A stretch of DNA of 63,470 nt. Origin: an uncultured virus (IMG/VR IMGVR_UViG_2821904334_000002). Its lineage: Duplodnaviria; Heunggongvirae; Uroviricota; Caudoviricetes. Where the stretch lies: IMG/VR virus record IMGVR_UViG_2821904334_000002. One strand, written 5' to 3'. Positions 19,629-29,522 of this stretch are shown here, one piece after another. The translations under genes were made by a program, and so were the position numbers. Below the pieces are notes generated by a model. It was not told the DNA's origin and ran no database searches. It worked only from the letters and a program-made list of their open reading frames with translations. Each line of letters begins with the position of its first letter. Position 1 is the first letter of the stretch.

Positions 19629-19657
19629 TTGACAAGTTAGTAGTTTTATGGTATAAT
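19629..19657 (+). promoter_or_regulatory. sigma-A promoter
   Basis: TTGACA-17-TATAAT with TG extension. Confidence 0.85.
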
Positions 19658-19688
19658 AGTTTTATAAGGAAATAAGGAGTGTTTGTAT

Positions 19689-21419
19689 ATGTGTGTATCA
19701 AACGAGTGTAAGATAGTTGGTTGTAAAGGGAAATTAAAGGAACTAGGATATTGCAAAAAGCATGTAAGGGCATTACGAAACGGTACACTAAAATGTAAAG
19801 TTTCAGATTGTACAGGAGATGCAATAACAGGTGGTTATTGTAGTAGACATGATATGCAAAAGAGAAGATATGGTAAAGCCTATACAGAATCAGCGTTTAA
19901 AAAGTTTAAACCAAAAGCATTCTGTAAAGAAGACGGGTGTTTAAACAGGAGAAACTTAAAAGGATATTGTAAAGAGCATATTTATAAAGGTAAAGAACAA
20001 TGTAAAGAAGAAGAGTGTACAAGAAAGTCTGTAGCTGAAAACTTATGTACAGAACATTATATAGAAGAAAAAGAAATAAGTTTAAAAGATGTAGTAACAC
20101 CATATGATAAGAAAGAAGACCGAACAGGAACAATGTGTAAGATTATATACTGTACAAATAATCCTACTGTAGATGGTTATTGTGATAAACATGCTATCCT
20201 AATTAGTACTGGTAAACTAGAAGAAGAAATGACAAGACGAGGTACAGTGGAGTGTGAAGCAGAAGGTTGTGAATCATGGGTTAAAAATGGAACTCTTTGT
20301 CCGATGCATAAATCACATATGAAAAAGTATGGTAGAGTATTAACACAAGAAGAACATAAGCAGAAAACACCTAAAGCATATTGTAGAGCAGAAGGTTGTT
20401 ATATAAGAGAACCTAAAGGTAGGTACTGTAAAGAACATCAAGAACTTGGGATAAAAGAACTAGAAACTTCAAAAATAAAAGAAAATCTTTGTATCCATGA
20501 AAACTGTAAGAGAAAAGTAATTGCAAGTCATGTATGTATCAATCATTATTTAGAAGACGAACATGGAATAAGTCTAAACGGGGTATCAACTCCTTATGAT
20601 AAAGGTGAAGACCGTACAGGAACGATGTGTAAGATTGTGTATTGCAACGGAAGTCAAGAAATAGACGGTTATTGTACAAGACATGCTATTCTAATACATG
20701 CAAACGAACTAGAATCTGAGATGAAACGAATTGGTAGAGTAAAATGTAAAATAGATGATTGTACACAATGGTCTAAAACAGATGGTTTATGTGCTAGACA
20801 TAAAAATCAAGAAAGAAGATATGGGAGAGCTTTAACAGATAAGGAATTTAAAGAAAAGAACCCTTATTTATTCTGTAATGTAGATGGTTGTTTAAACCAT
20901 AGAGAAGAAGATGGATATTGTAAAGAACATAGACATGTTGCTATACAAATGAAAACAACATGTATAGCAGGAGGTTGTAAACTTCATAAGGTAGCGAAAG
21001 ATTTATGTAAAGACCATTACATAGAAAAGTATAAACCTGATTTAAAAGATGTTACTACTCCTTATGATAAGATGATTGATAAAACAGGAACTCATTGTAA
21101 AATAACATTCTGTCAATCTAAACCTAGTGTTGATGGGTACTGTAAGAAACATGCAGTCGCTATACATCATGGTAACTTAGATGAAATGATGGCAAAACAA
21201 AGAATGACAAAATGTGATGTAGAAGGTTGCGAAGCAATCACAAGGGGTAAAAGCACTTGTAGAATGCATTTAAAACAAATACAGAGATATGGTAGAGTAC
21301 TGTCATGGGAAGAACATAAACAGAAAGTACCTCAATCTTTTTGTAGTGTAGATAGTTGCTTAAACAGAAAACAAACTGGTAACTACTGTAAAGAACATGA
21401 AGGTATGGAAGGTAGATAA
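19689..21419 (+). CDS. Cys3His repeat (putative zinc-finger) protein, 15 fingers arranged as a 4-finger super-repeat
   Basis: C-x4-C-x~8-G-x-C-x2-H repeats; TPYDK..D.TGT.C occurs three times. Confidence 0.8.
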   Translation: MCVSNECKIVGCKGKLKELGYCKKHVRALRNGTLKCKVSDCTGDAITGGYCSRHDMQKRRYGKAYTESAFKKFKPKAFCKEDGCLNRRNLKGYCKEHIYKGKEQCKEEECTRKSVAENLCTEHYIEEKEISLKDVVTPYDKKEDRTGTMCKIIYCTNNPTVDGYCDKHAILISTGKLEEEMTRRGTVECEAEGCESWVKNGTLCPMHKSHMKKYGRVLTQEEHKQKTPKAYCRAEGCYIREPKGRYCKEHQELGIKELETSKIKENLCIHENCKRKVIASHVCINHYLEDEHGISLNGVSTPYDKGEDRTGTMCKIVYCNGSQEIDGYCTRHAILIHANELESEMKRIGRVKCKIDDCTQWSKTDGLCARHKNQERRYGRALTDKEFKEKNPYLFCNVDGCLNHREEDGYCKEHRHVAIQMKTTCIAGGCKLHKVAKDLCKDHYIEKYKPDLKDVTTPYDKMIDKTGTHCKITFCQSKPSVDGYCKKHAVAIHHGNLDEMMAKQRMTKCDVEGCEAITRGKSTCRMHLKQIQRYGRVLSWEEHKQKVPQSFCSVDSCLNRKQTGNYCKEHEGMEGR

Positions 21420-21527
21420 AAGAAACTTTTTACCTACCTTAATGTGGTATATAACTATAATAGTAAAACAATAAAGTATAAATAAGACAGGTTCTTACAA
21501 AAGACCTGTTTTTATTTTTGTTTAGGA

Positions 21528-22043
21528 GTGGGGTATGAAGATATGAAACAATGTAAAGAAGAGACTTGTTCAGACAAGCATTACAGTAAAGGATACTGTA
21601 GAAAACACTATATGCAATTCGAATACGGAAAGAAACCTTGTAAAGTAGAAGGTTGTACAAACAAGGTACACGCAAAAGGGTACTGTGACCCACATTATAA
21701 AGAACGTATCTATTTAAAAGGAAAGACTTGCAAGGTAGAAGGGTGTAACAAACCGTATCACGGAAAAGGTTTTTGTACCAATCATTACTATGAACAAAGA
21801 GTACACAATAAGCAAGAGAAGGAAGTAAGACTTTGTAGTATAGAAGGTTGCACAGATAAGCATTATGGTAAAGGGTATTGTTCTAAACACTATCGAATGA
21901 ATAGAAAGACTGGAAGTCCAATCGGTCAGTCTGAGAAAATACGAAACCAAGGTTGTTCTGTAGAAGGTTGCGAGAATGTTCACAGAGCAAAGGGGTATTG
22001 TTCGAAACATTATCAGTACTATCATAAGAAAGGTTTAATTTAG
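21528..22043 (+). CDS. Cys3His finger protein, 5 fingers
   Basis: C.VEGC..KH..KGYC..HY repeats (ATG 21543 is the likely start). Confidence 0.8.
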   Translation: MGYEDMKQCKEETCSDKHYSKGYCRKHYMQFEYGKKPCKVEGCTNKVHAKGYCDPHYKERIYLKGKTCKVEGCNKPYHGKGFCTNHYYEQRVHNKQEKEVRLCSIEGCTDKHYGKGYCSKHYRMNRKTGSPIGQSEKIRNQGCSVEGCENVHRAKGYCSKHYQYYHKKGLI

Positions 22044-22071
22044 TAAACGTATATGTTAGGTAGCTACATTC

Positions 22072-22100
22072 TTGACAAATAAAGAAATTTATGTTATAAT
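22072..22100 (+). promoter_or_regulatory. sigma-A promoter
   Basis: TTGACA-17-TATAAT with TG extension. Confidence 0.85.
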
Positions 22101-22130
22101 AGTAGGTATAAAGAGTGGAGGATAAAGGGT

Positions 22131-22475
22131 ATGTGTCAATCAAAACAATGTAAAGTAGAGGGATGCGAAAACAAAAAGAAAGCAAGAGGGTTATGCAACA
22201 AACATTATACAAGGTTTAGTAGATATGGTACACACAAACTATTACATGAAGTAGTGAGTGTGAAAGGGAAACCATGTGAGATAATTGGATGTAAAGAAAC
22301 GCAAAAAGCAAAAGGGTTATGTGATTATCATTATTTTGAAGAGTGGAAGAGAAAGAAAACAAAAGTTTGTTCTATAGACGGTTGTTCTTCAAAGGAGTAC
22401 ACAAAAGGGTTGTGTCAAAACCACTATATGCGTAAAAGAGACGAAGAGATAGAGAAACTAGAGAAACTGGGGTAA
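22131..22475 (+). CDS. Cys3His finger protein, 3 fingers
   Basis: C...GC.....KGLC..HY x3. Confidence 0.8.
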   Translation: MCQSKQCKVEGCENKKKARGLCNKHYTRFSRYGTHKLLHEVVSVKGKPCEIIGCKETQKAKGLCDYHYFEEWKRKKTKVCSIDGCSSKEYTKGLCQNHYMRKRDEEIEKLEKLG

Positions 22476-22481
22476 GATGGC

Positions 22482-22622
22482 ATGAAAGAAAGAGAATTAG
22501 ACTTCTATTCATTAATGGAAGGAAAGAAGCAACTAGCACAAGAAATGGCTAACTTGATAAAGAGTGGCTATACAGAGTCACAAGTGATTGATTTAGTTTT
22601 AAAAATGTATGGAAATCAGTAA
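22482..22622 (+). CDS. 46-aa hypothetical protein (below the ORF-track cutoff)
   Basis: MKERELDFYSLMEGKKQLAQEMANLIKSGYTESQVIDLVLKMYGNQ fills the gap; GGGG SD upstream. Confidence 0.5.
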   Translation: MKERELDFYSLMEGKKQLAQEMANLIKSGYTESQVIDLVLKMYGNQ

Positions 22623-22664
22623 ACAAGAGTAGAAACTATCTAGAATTGAAGTGGGGTAGTAATT

Positions 22665-23093
22665 ATGTGTAAAGAAACCAAACAATGTAAAGCAAAGAAT
22701 TGTCAGAAACGGGAAGAAAGAGAAGGGTTTTGTAAAGTACATTTGATTCAATTTCTAAATGGAGAAGAGATTGAAGTCGGTACAAACGAATGTATTATTG
22801 AAGACTGTAACTTAGAAGCCGTAACAGCAATGGGATATTGTCATACACATAAAAATCAAGCATACAGATGGGGTAGAGCCTATTCAGAGAAAGAGTTAAA
22901 AGGGGTAAAACCACATCTATTTTGTAAAGAACCGAAATGTATAAATAGAAGAGAAACTGGTGGTTATTGTGAAAAGCATAAGCATCTAATAGAAGACAAT
23001 AAATTAAAATGTAGTGAATCGAATTGTGAACATAAAGTATTTAAAGATGGAGTTTGTAGACAACACTATATTGAGAAACTAGATTTCTCTTAA
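22665..23093 (+). CDS. Cys3His finger protein, 4 fingers (short version of 19689-21419)
   Basis: G.AYSE...K..KP..FCKE..C.NRR matches the N-terminus of 19689. Confidence 0.8.
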   Translation: MCKETKQCKAKNCQKREEREGFCKVHLIQFLNGEEIEVGTNECIIEDCNLEAVTAMGYCHTHKNQAYRWGRAYSEKELKGVKPHLFCKEPKCINRRETGGYCEKHKHLIEDNKLKCSESNCEHKVFKDGVCRQHYIEKLDFS

Positions 23094-23147
23094 TGGAAAA
23101 GTGTTGTCACAACACTTTTATGATAGCCAAAAACGAGGTGATTAACT

Positions 23148-23750
23148 CTGTTAGATAATAAATTAGGAATCACAAACCAAATGGAGTTAGATAAGGAAGA
23201 AGAAAGAATCAGTAAAATAAAAGCCAAAACGTTATATGATTCTGGTGGTATCAATAAGTTGGAAGTAGGAACATATAGAGGTTTATCAGATATACATGCG
23301 TATCTATTTGAAGACTTATATGACTTTGCAGGTAAACTAAGAACAGTAAACATGGCAAAAGGAAACTTCCGATTTGCTCCTGTTATTCATTTAGGGGTAG
23401 CGTTAAAATAGATTGATAAGATGCCTCAAACGACAGTAAAAGAGATTGTAGAAAAGTATGTAGAAATGAACATTGCTCATCCTTTCCGAGAAGGGAATGG
23501 AAGAAGTACTCGTATATGGTTAGACTTACTATTAAAGAAAGAAGTAAGGAAGGTAGTTGATTGGTCGTTAATTCGTAGAGAAGACTACTTTTCAGCAATT
23601 CAACGTAGTCCAATAAACGACTTACAACTTCAACAAGTCATTGCAAATTCTTTAACAGACGCTATTGATAGTAGGGAACTGTATATGCGAGGAATAGATG
23701 TTAGTTTCGAATATGAAGGGTTTACAAGATATAGAACAGAAAACTTATAG
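23148..23750 (+). pseudogene. fic: Fic-domain AMPylase interrupted by an in-frame TAG
   Basis: LDNKLGITNQ N-terminus, IH.YLF.D.Y.FAG..R.VN..KG.FRF, intact HPFREGNGR motif; TAG at 23409-23411 joins two in-frame ORFs; CTG at the expected start. Confidence 0.85.
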
Positions 23751-23839
23751 AAAGATACCTCTAGTGTAAATTAGGGGTATTATCTATGTAAACATACAAC
23801 AAGAAAATAAAGTATAAACGTACTAGGAAGATAAAGTAG

Positions 23840-24694
23840 GTGTTAAATGTGTCATCCAAACAATGTAAAGTAGAAAACTGTACAAATAAGGTATTAGCAA
23901 GAGAAATGTGTTCAAAGCATTATGCTCAATGGAGAACACATGGTAAGTTACGACCTGACTTAGAAAAGCAAAGACATGATACTTGTACAGAAGAAGGTTG
24001 TAATAGAAAGCACTACTGTAAGGGGTATTGTAATAAACATTATAAGCAGTATAAAGCACATGGTAGAATTACACCCGAACTAGAAAGAACAGGAAAACCT
24101 AAGATTTGTAGTGTAGATGATTGTAATAGTAAAGTAGTGAGTAAAGGGTATTGTAGGAAACATTATTCTCAATTATACAGACATAATGAATTAAGACCTG
24201 ATATCGAAAGAGGTAAGATTAGATTATGTACGGTAGACGGATGTGAGAATAAGTATAAAGCAAAAGGATATTGTACAGGTCATTATGTGCAGTTCAAGAA
24301 ATATGGTTACATAGTAAAACCAGTTAAACAAGAAACAAGACAATGTAAAGCAAAAGGTTGTAAGGAACCAATACGTGCGAGGGGTTGTTGCGATAAACAT
24401 TACCAACAACTTAGAATACATGGTAGTTTACAGTCTAAGTCAGAGAAACAATGTAGTGTAAAGGATTGTACAAATCCACACCAATCGAAAGGGTTCTGTA
24501 ACAAACATTATAAGCAGATAACTCGTCATAATGAAATTATAGACTACAGATTACATAAAGGTTGTTTAGTAGAAGGTTGTAACAACAAACATAAAGCAAG
24601 AGGACTTTGTAAGAAACACTACCAAAGAGTAATGAATACATTAAACAAGGTAGAAAACACATATCACATCAAAGTAGGGGTAGTAAACCAATGA
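23840..24694 (+). CDS. Cys3His finger protein, 7 fingers
   Basis: Repeats with HG.L.P.LE linkers. Confidence 0.8.
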   Translation: MLNVSSKQCKVENCTNKVLAREMCSKHYAQWRTHGKLRPDLEKQRHDTCTEEGCNRKHYCKGYCNKHYKQYKAHGRITPELERTGKPKICSVDDCNSKVVSKGYCRKHYSQLYRHNELRPDIERGKIRLCTVDGCENKYKAKGYCTGHYVQFKKYGYIVKPVKQETRQCKAKGCKEPIRARGCCDKHYQQLRIHGSLQSKSEKQCSVKDCTNPHQSKGFCNKHYKQITRHNEIIDYRLHKGCLVEGCNNKHKARGLCKKHYQRVMNTLNKVENTYHIKVGVVNQ

Positions 24695-24930
24695 TTTGTA
24701 GAGAAAAAGGTTGTCATAGTAAAGTAAGAGCAAAAGGTTTGTGTGCAAAACACTATACACAAGTACAAAGACATGGTAGAGTTACACCTGAGAAAGAGAA
24801 GCTTCAAAACGGTGGAATTTGTTCAGAAAAGAATTGCAATAATAAACTAAGAAGTAGAGGATTATGTGCGAGTCACTACTACCAACATATGAAATTCTAT
24901 CAAAAGAAAAAGAATAAAGAGAACTTATAG
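24691..24930 (+). CDS. Cys3His finger protein, 2 fingers
   Basis: Two repeats; ATGA overlap with the upstream gene. Confidence 0.8.
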   Translation: MICREKGCHSKVRAKGLCAKHYTQVQRHGRVTPEKEKLQNGGICSEKNCNNKLRSRGLCASHYYQHMKFYQKKKNKENL

Positions 24931-24969
24931 GTCTACATCTGTTAGACCTTTTTGTTTGCCTTTATTTAT

Positions 24970-24998
24970 TTGACAAATAAGGAAACTTATGTTATAAT
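24970..24998 (+). promoter_or_regulatory. sigma-A promoter
   Basis: TTGACA-17-TATAAT, spacer ending AAACTTATGT. Confidence 0.85.
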
Positions 24999-25018
24999 AT
25001 AACTAGATAATGTAAAGG

Positions 25019-25732
25019 GTGAGAGAAATGGCAAAGAAGCATAAAGTTTGTACAGTACCAGACTGTAGTTTGGTTTACTACGCAAGGGGTTGTTGTAGGA
25101 AACATTATAATCAGATTAAAGAACATGGTAGACTTACACCTGAGTTAGAGATAGTAGGTATAACGAGAAGGTGTTCAGAAAAGAACTGTAATAATTTACA
25201 TTATGCAATAGGGTTATGTGAGAAACATTATCAACAGAAACGTAAATATGGTAAAGTTGTTAGTATAGTGGAGGATAATGAACTTTGTGAAATAAAAGAC
25301 TGTCCTTATCCAAGGAGAGCAAAAGGGTATTGTAGAAAACACTATTCTCAACTCTATAGAAACGGTGAAATTAATAGAAAGAGAGAAAGAGACAGAATCA
25401 AACTATGTAAGGTAGATGGTTGTACGGGAAAGCATAAATCACATGGTTATTGTTCAAAACATAATAATCAAATGAGTAAGTATGGTAGAGTTATAACAGA
25501 CGAAGAAAAAGGTCAATATAAAACTTGTCAGTTAGAGGGTTGTAGCAATACGCACGTAGTAGAGGGGTATTGTGGTATGCATTACAATGAGAAAAGGTTA
25601 ACTGGCAAGGTTACAATACAAACAAATAAGGTAAAAAGAGAAGGATGTAAGGTAGAAGGTTGTAAGAACAAGCATTATGCAAGAGGTTTTTGTCGTAAGC
25701 ATAATACAAAAGATAAAAACGGAGGTTTATGA
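25019..25732 (+). CDS. Cys3His finger protein, 6 fingers
   Basis: Six repeats. Confidence 0.8.
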   Translation: MREMAKKHKVCTVPDCSLVYYARGCCRKHYNQIKEHGRLTPELEIVGITRRCSEKNCNNLHYAIGLCEKHYQQKRKYGKVVSIVEDNELCEIKDCPYPRRAKGYCRKHYSQLYRNGEINRKRERDRIKLCKVDGCTGKHKSHGYCSKHNNQMSKYGRVITDEEKGQYKTCQLEGCSNTHVVEGYCGMHYNEKRLTGKVTIQTNKVKREGCKVEGCKNKHYARGFCRKHNTKDKNGGL

Positions 25733-25733
25733 G

Positions 25734-26588
25734 TTGCAAACGAAGGTATGTTCAGCAGAAGGTTGCAATAATAAAAGTTATTGTAGAAGTTATTGTAACA
25801 AACATTATCGTCAATGGAAAAGACATGGTAGGCTAACTCCTGAGTTAGAAAAGGGTGGAAATAAGAGTTGTAAAACAGAAGGTTGTAAGGAAAGATATTA
25901 TGCAAAAGGGTATTGTTATAATCATTACAAGCAGTTTAGATATAACTTAAAAGAACCTTCTATGATAGAGGGAGAAACATGTATATTAGAAGGATGTAAT
26001 ACTGTTATCTATGCAAAAGGGTATTGTTCCAAGCATTACGCAAGATTCCTAAGAAACGGGGAAGTATTACCTGATAAACCAATAGAAACTAGATTATGTA
26101 CCGCAGAAGGTTGTGGTAACAGGCATTACGCAAAAGGGTACTGTAGTAAACATTACTTGCAACATCGAGCGCATGGGAAACTGTCTCCTGAGACTGAAAA
26201 GAAACATTACCACAAGACTTGTATAGCCGAAGGTTGTAACAATAAGCATAGGAGTAAAGGGTATTGTTCTAAACATCTACGTCAATTTGAGACTCATGGG
26301 AGATTAACACCTGAATTAGAGATAAATATATCAAGTAAAGGTGAAACTAAAGAGTGCAAGGTAGAAGGTTGTACAAGCAATATCAAAACAAAGGGTCTTT
26401 GTAGTAAACACTATCAGTATTTCAGAAAGAATGGGGTAGTAAGTAAAGAACCTAAAGATAGAAAAGATGGGTTATGTAAAGAAAAAGACTGTAAAAAGGA
26501 ATCATTCTCTAAAGGGTATTGTTCTACACACTATCATAGAAGAAATAGACTAAGAAAAGAATTAGAGAAACAAATAAAAAGAGTGTAA
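25734..26588 (+). CDS. Cys3His finger protein, 7 fingers
   Basis: GGAGGT SD then in-frame TTG at 25734; seven repeats with HGRLTPELE-type linkers. Confidence 0.8.
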   Translation: MQTKVCSAEGCNNKSYCRSYCNKHYRQWKRHGRLTPELEKGGNKSCKTEGCKERYYAKGYCYNHYKQFRYNLKEPSMIEGETCILEGCNTVIYAKGYCSKHYARFLRNGEVLPDKPIETRLCTAEGCGNRHYAKGYCSKHYLQHRAHGKLSPETEKKHYHKTCIAEGCNNKHRSKGYCSKHLRQFETHGRLTPELEINISSKGETKECKVEGCTSNIKTKGLCSKHYQYFRKNGVVSKEPKDRKDGLCKEKDCKKESFSKGYCSTHYHRRNRLRKELEKQIKRV

Positions 26589-26612
26589 GGTTTACTAGTA
26601 GTAAACCTTTTT
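26587..26612 (+). terminator. Intrinsic terminator
   Basis: AAGGTTTACT...AGTAAACCTT-TTT. Confidence 0.75.
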
Positions 26613-26629
26613 ATTATGTCTACTCTTAC

Positions 26630-26658
26630 TTGACAAATGCATAAACTTATGGTATAAT
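26630..26658 (+). promoter_or_regulatory. sigma-A promoter
   Basis: TTGACA-17-TATAAT, spacer ending AAACTTATGG. Confidence 0.85.
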
Positions 26659-26752
26659 AGTACTATATAAGAAATACAAATAAAGGTATAAGTAAAGAGA
26701 CTTATAAGTAGAAGTATTCTAGTTAAAGTAGGAAACTATCCTTATAAGGAGT

Positions 26753-27538
26753 ATGAAAAAGGTTAAGGTAAAAAGAATCACCAACAAGATAAGCATACGA
26801 GACGAAAAGATAAAAGTATCTGATAAGAAAGAAGGGTTAAGTATGAAACAAGTATCAGACCAGTTAGAAGTGGCAATTGTACAAGGTTTAGAGAAACATG
26901 TTCGTTCGTTTATGAATAAAGGGGTAGTCGCATTCACCCCTAGTTCTTTAGATGCGACTCTATTACGCATGAAAGGTGAGGTAGAGCGTACTTTACAAGA
27001 CGTGGATAGAGTAATGGAACTTGTAGATGAAGCAATCGGTCTTACTCGTATAAACCGTTATAATCCGTATAACATGAGTCCGTTAGAAATGGCAAAGTTC
27101 GAGACGATTCAAGAGATAATAGGTTTACCGTCCGAATGGGGTAGAACAGACTTAGTCGTAAAAATAGAGGACTTCTTAAATAAAGCAAAGTCTTTACCTA
27201 TTACACAAGTAAACGTACTATCTCTATTAACGAACGAAGATAACTTTGGTTCAAACGAAGAAATGGTAAAATTTATTGATAGTCATGAGTTAGATATTTT
27301 AAAAGACTTCACAAGACACATCTACCTTACAATGAATAAGGAAACTGGTGTACGTGATTTACATTTCTATCATTATGTACCAGAAAACTATTTAAGGTTA
27401 GAAAACATTACATTAAGATTGAAATATGTCTTCCTTAACTTAGTAGATAGAAATAAAGAACTAGATTGGAATGAGATTGAAGCGTTATTAAATACACCAA
27501 ACCTAGAATTAGTACGTAAAATTAAAGGGTTAGCATAG
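26753..27538 (+). CDS. Hypothetical protein, family B
   Basis: NEDNFGSNEE, HIYLT..KETG, LENIT.RL, DWNEI; start uncertain. Confidence 0.75.
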   Translation: MKKVKVKRITNKISIRDEKIKVSDKKEGLSMKQVSDQLEVAIVQGLEKHVRSFMNKGVVAFTPSSLDATLLRMKGEVERTLQDVDRVMELVDEAIGLTRINRYNPYNMSPLEMAKFETIQEIIGLPSEWGRTDLVVKIEDFLNKAKSLPITQVNVLSLLTNEDNFGSNEEMVKFIDSHELDILKDFTRHIYLTMNKETGVRDLHFYHYVPENYLRLENITLRLKYVFLNLVDRNKELDWNEIEALLNTPNLELVRKIKGLA

Positions 27539-27541
27539 TAG

Positions 27542-28885
27542 GTGACAAAATTGTGTACAGAACAATGTAAAGCAGAAGATTGTCAAGAAAAAGTAATAGC
27601 AGACGGGTATTGTTATATACATTTTATGTTTGTAAGTAGTAAAACGAAAGATAAGAGTCAAAAGGCAAAAGAAATAATGATGGAAAACTACAATATAATC
27701 TGTATCGAACAAGATTGCGAAGATACAAAGACCTACAAGGATAGATGTGATAAACATACTACGTTACATCACTTACAAGAAGTAGTTCAAATTTGTAAAG
27801 TAAAGGGATGCTTAAACGAAGTACATCAAGATAAGTTATGTAAGTATCATAGTAGACACAATAAAGTATTGGGTTTCATCATAGAAACTGTACCTACTGT
27901 TAGACTTTGTAAGGAATTAGGTTGTCTTCACGATGGGGTATACAAGCAATATTGCGAAAAGCATTACATTGAGCATAAACAGAAGGAGAATGAAATAGAA
28001 GATTTATTATGTAAAGAAGAACAATGTAGTGCAATAGCTGAAATAAAAGGATATTGTTTAACTCATTATAAACCTGATAAGAAACAAAGCATTATCGTAG
28101 ATAAGACAGAAAAAGTAGTCGGAACGTTAGAAATGTCGAATAGATGTGGTATAAAAGATTGCACAGACGTCTTAATTGATGAAGATTTTTGTGAAAAACA
28201 TGCTAACTTAATAAGTTCGCAAGTGTCTGTAGAAGAATCGAATAGCAATTCAAGTTTTGTAAAGAAATCTATACAGACTTGCATCGTAGATGGTTGTGTT
28301 CACTTAGAACACAAATTTGGGTTATGCGAATATCATTATAATGACATAGGTGAATTAGGAGACTTTAAATCAGACAAAGAAGTATTTGAAGACCGAAGAT
28401 GTGCGGTAGAAGATTGTAGTTCAAAACGTACTAAGGTAATCAAAGACTCTTGTTTCTGTAAGTCACATTATGATGGGTTCGTGAATAGAGAAAAGATAGC
28501 AAAGAAAATCAAGAAGAAAACTGAGAAACTATGTAATGTATTTGAGTGTAATGAACCTAGAGATACAAGACTCTATTGTTCGTATCATGCGGAGCATATC
28601 AAGATGGGGTATGACTTTGAAATGAAAGACTGGTGTAGCCAGTCAGGGTGTAAAGAAGAAGCAAACATGATGATAGGTAAGAAATACTATTGTAAGAAGC
28701 ATGGAACTTGTAGGGAGAAGTATTGTAGGAATACGGTTCATCATAACGGTTTATGTCAAGAGCATTTGGCACAAAAGAAAGAAGCGAAACATTGTAAAAC
28801 CATGAATTGTAAGGAGAAAGTGTATAGAAGTGGATTTTGTAAAGAACACTATACAATGGTAAAGAATCTAGAAAGAGGGGTCTGA
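27542..28885 (+). CDS. Divergent Cys3His finger protein, about 12 fingers
   Basis: More acidic, degenerate C-x4-C...C-x2-H repeats. Confidence 0.75.
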   Translation: MTKLCTEQCKAEDCQEKVIADGYCYIHFMFVSSKTKDKSQKAKEIMMENYNIICIEQDCEDTKTYKDRCDKHTTLHHLQEVVQICKVKGCLNEVHQDKLCKYHSRHNKVLGFIIETVPTVRLCKELGCLHDGVYKQYCEKHYIEHKQKENEIEDLLCKEEQCSAIAEIKGYCLTHYKPDKKQSIIVDKTEKVVGTLEMSNRCGIKDCTDVLIDEDFCEKHANLISSQVSVEESNSNSSFVKKSIQTCIVDGCVHLEHKFGLCEYHYNDIGELGDFKSDKEVFEDRRCAVEDCSSKRTKVIKDSCFCKSHYDGFVNREKIAKKIKKKTEKLCNVFECNEPRDTRLYCSYHAEHIKMGYDFEMKDWCSQSGCKEEANMMIGKKYYCKKHGTCREKYCRNTVHHNGLCQEHLAQKKEAKHCKTMNCKEKVYRSGFCKEHYTMVKNLERGV

Positions 28886-28886
28886 T

Positions 28887-29237
28887 TTGGGTACTTGTAA
28901 AGTAGAACATTGTGGTAGAAACACGAGAGCAAAAGGTTACTGTCACAAACACTATCAACAGTATTTAAGAACAGGGACAACATGGTTAGGTTACAGTGAA
29001 TTTCCTACAAAACAGTGTGAAGTACCAGACTGTGATGGTAGGCACTTTGCGAAGGGGTATTGTAACCGTCATTATCAGCAATTTAAGGTACATGGAGAAG
29101 TTAAAACTGATTTAGAAGTACAACAAGAAAGGGTTTGTTCCGTAGACGGTTGTTGTGGAAAGGTACTTGCAAAGAAAATGTGTGGTAAACATTACTATCA
29201 AGTAAGACGTAAAGGAAAAGTTGTGCAATTAGCATAG
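28887..29237 (+). CDS. Cys3His finger protein, 3 fingers
   Basis: Three repeats. Confidence 0.8.
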   Translation: MGTCKVEHCGRNTRAKGYCHKHYQQYLRTGTTWLGYSEFPTKQCEVPDCDGRHFAKGYCNRHYQQFKVHGEVKTDLEVQQERVCSVDGCCGKVLAKKMCGKHYYQVRRKGKVVQLA

Positions 29238-29264
29238 GAAACAATAAGGTAAGGAGTCTTTTAG

Positions 29265-29519
29265 ATGTCAAAAGGTCAATGTGAAGTAGCAGGATGCAGT
29301 ACACCCGTACACTCGAAAGGGTATTGTAATAAACACTACCTTCAAATATGGAAACATAAGAAATTAACACCTGAGTTAGAAAGAATGAAGGTAAACGATT
29401 GTATCATACCGAATTGCGAAGGTAAGGTGCGTTCGAAGGGGTATTGCAGTAAACATTATTATCGCTTTGTTTTAAAGGAAAGGGAGAAGTCTAAAGAAAC
29501 AGATAAAACTATACAGTAA
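29265..29519 (+). CDS. Cys3His finger protein, 2 fingers
   Basis: Two repeats, LTPELE linker. Confidence 0.8.
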   Translation: MSKGQCEVAGCSTPVHSKGYCNKHYLQIWKHKKLTPELERMKVNDCIIPNCEGKVRSKGYCSKHYYRFVLKEREKSKETDKTIQ

Positions 29520-29522
29520 GAG

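Noticed and set aside
21430..21462. Promoter for 21528
   Set aside because: TATAAT is present but there is no convincing -35, and a terminator-like hairpin follows at about 21486-21515.
23785..23800. PlcR box-like TATGTAAACATACAAC
   Set aside because: The right half does not match the TATGnAnnnnTnCATA consensus.
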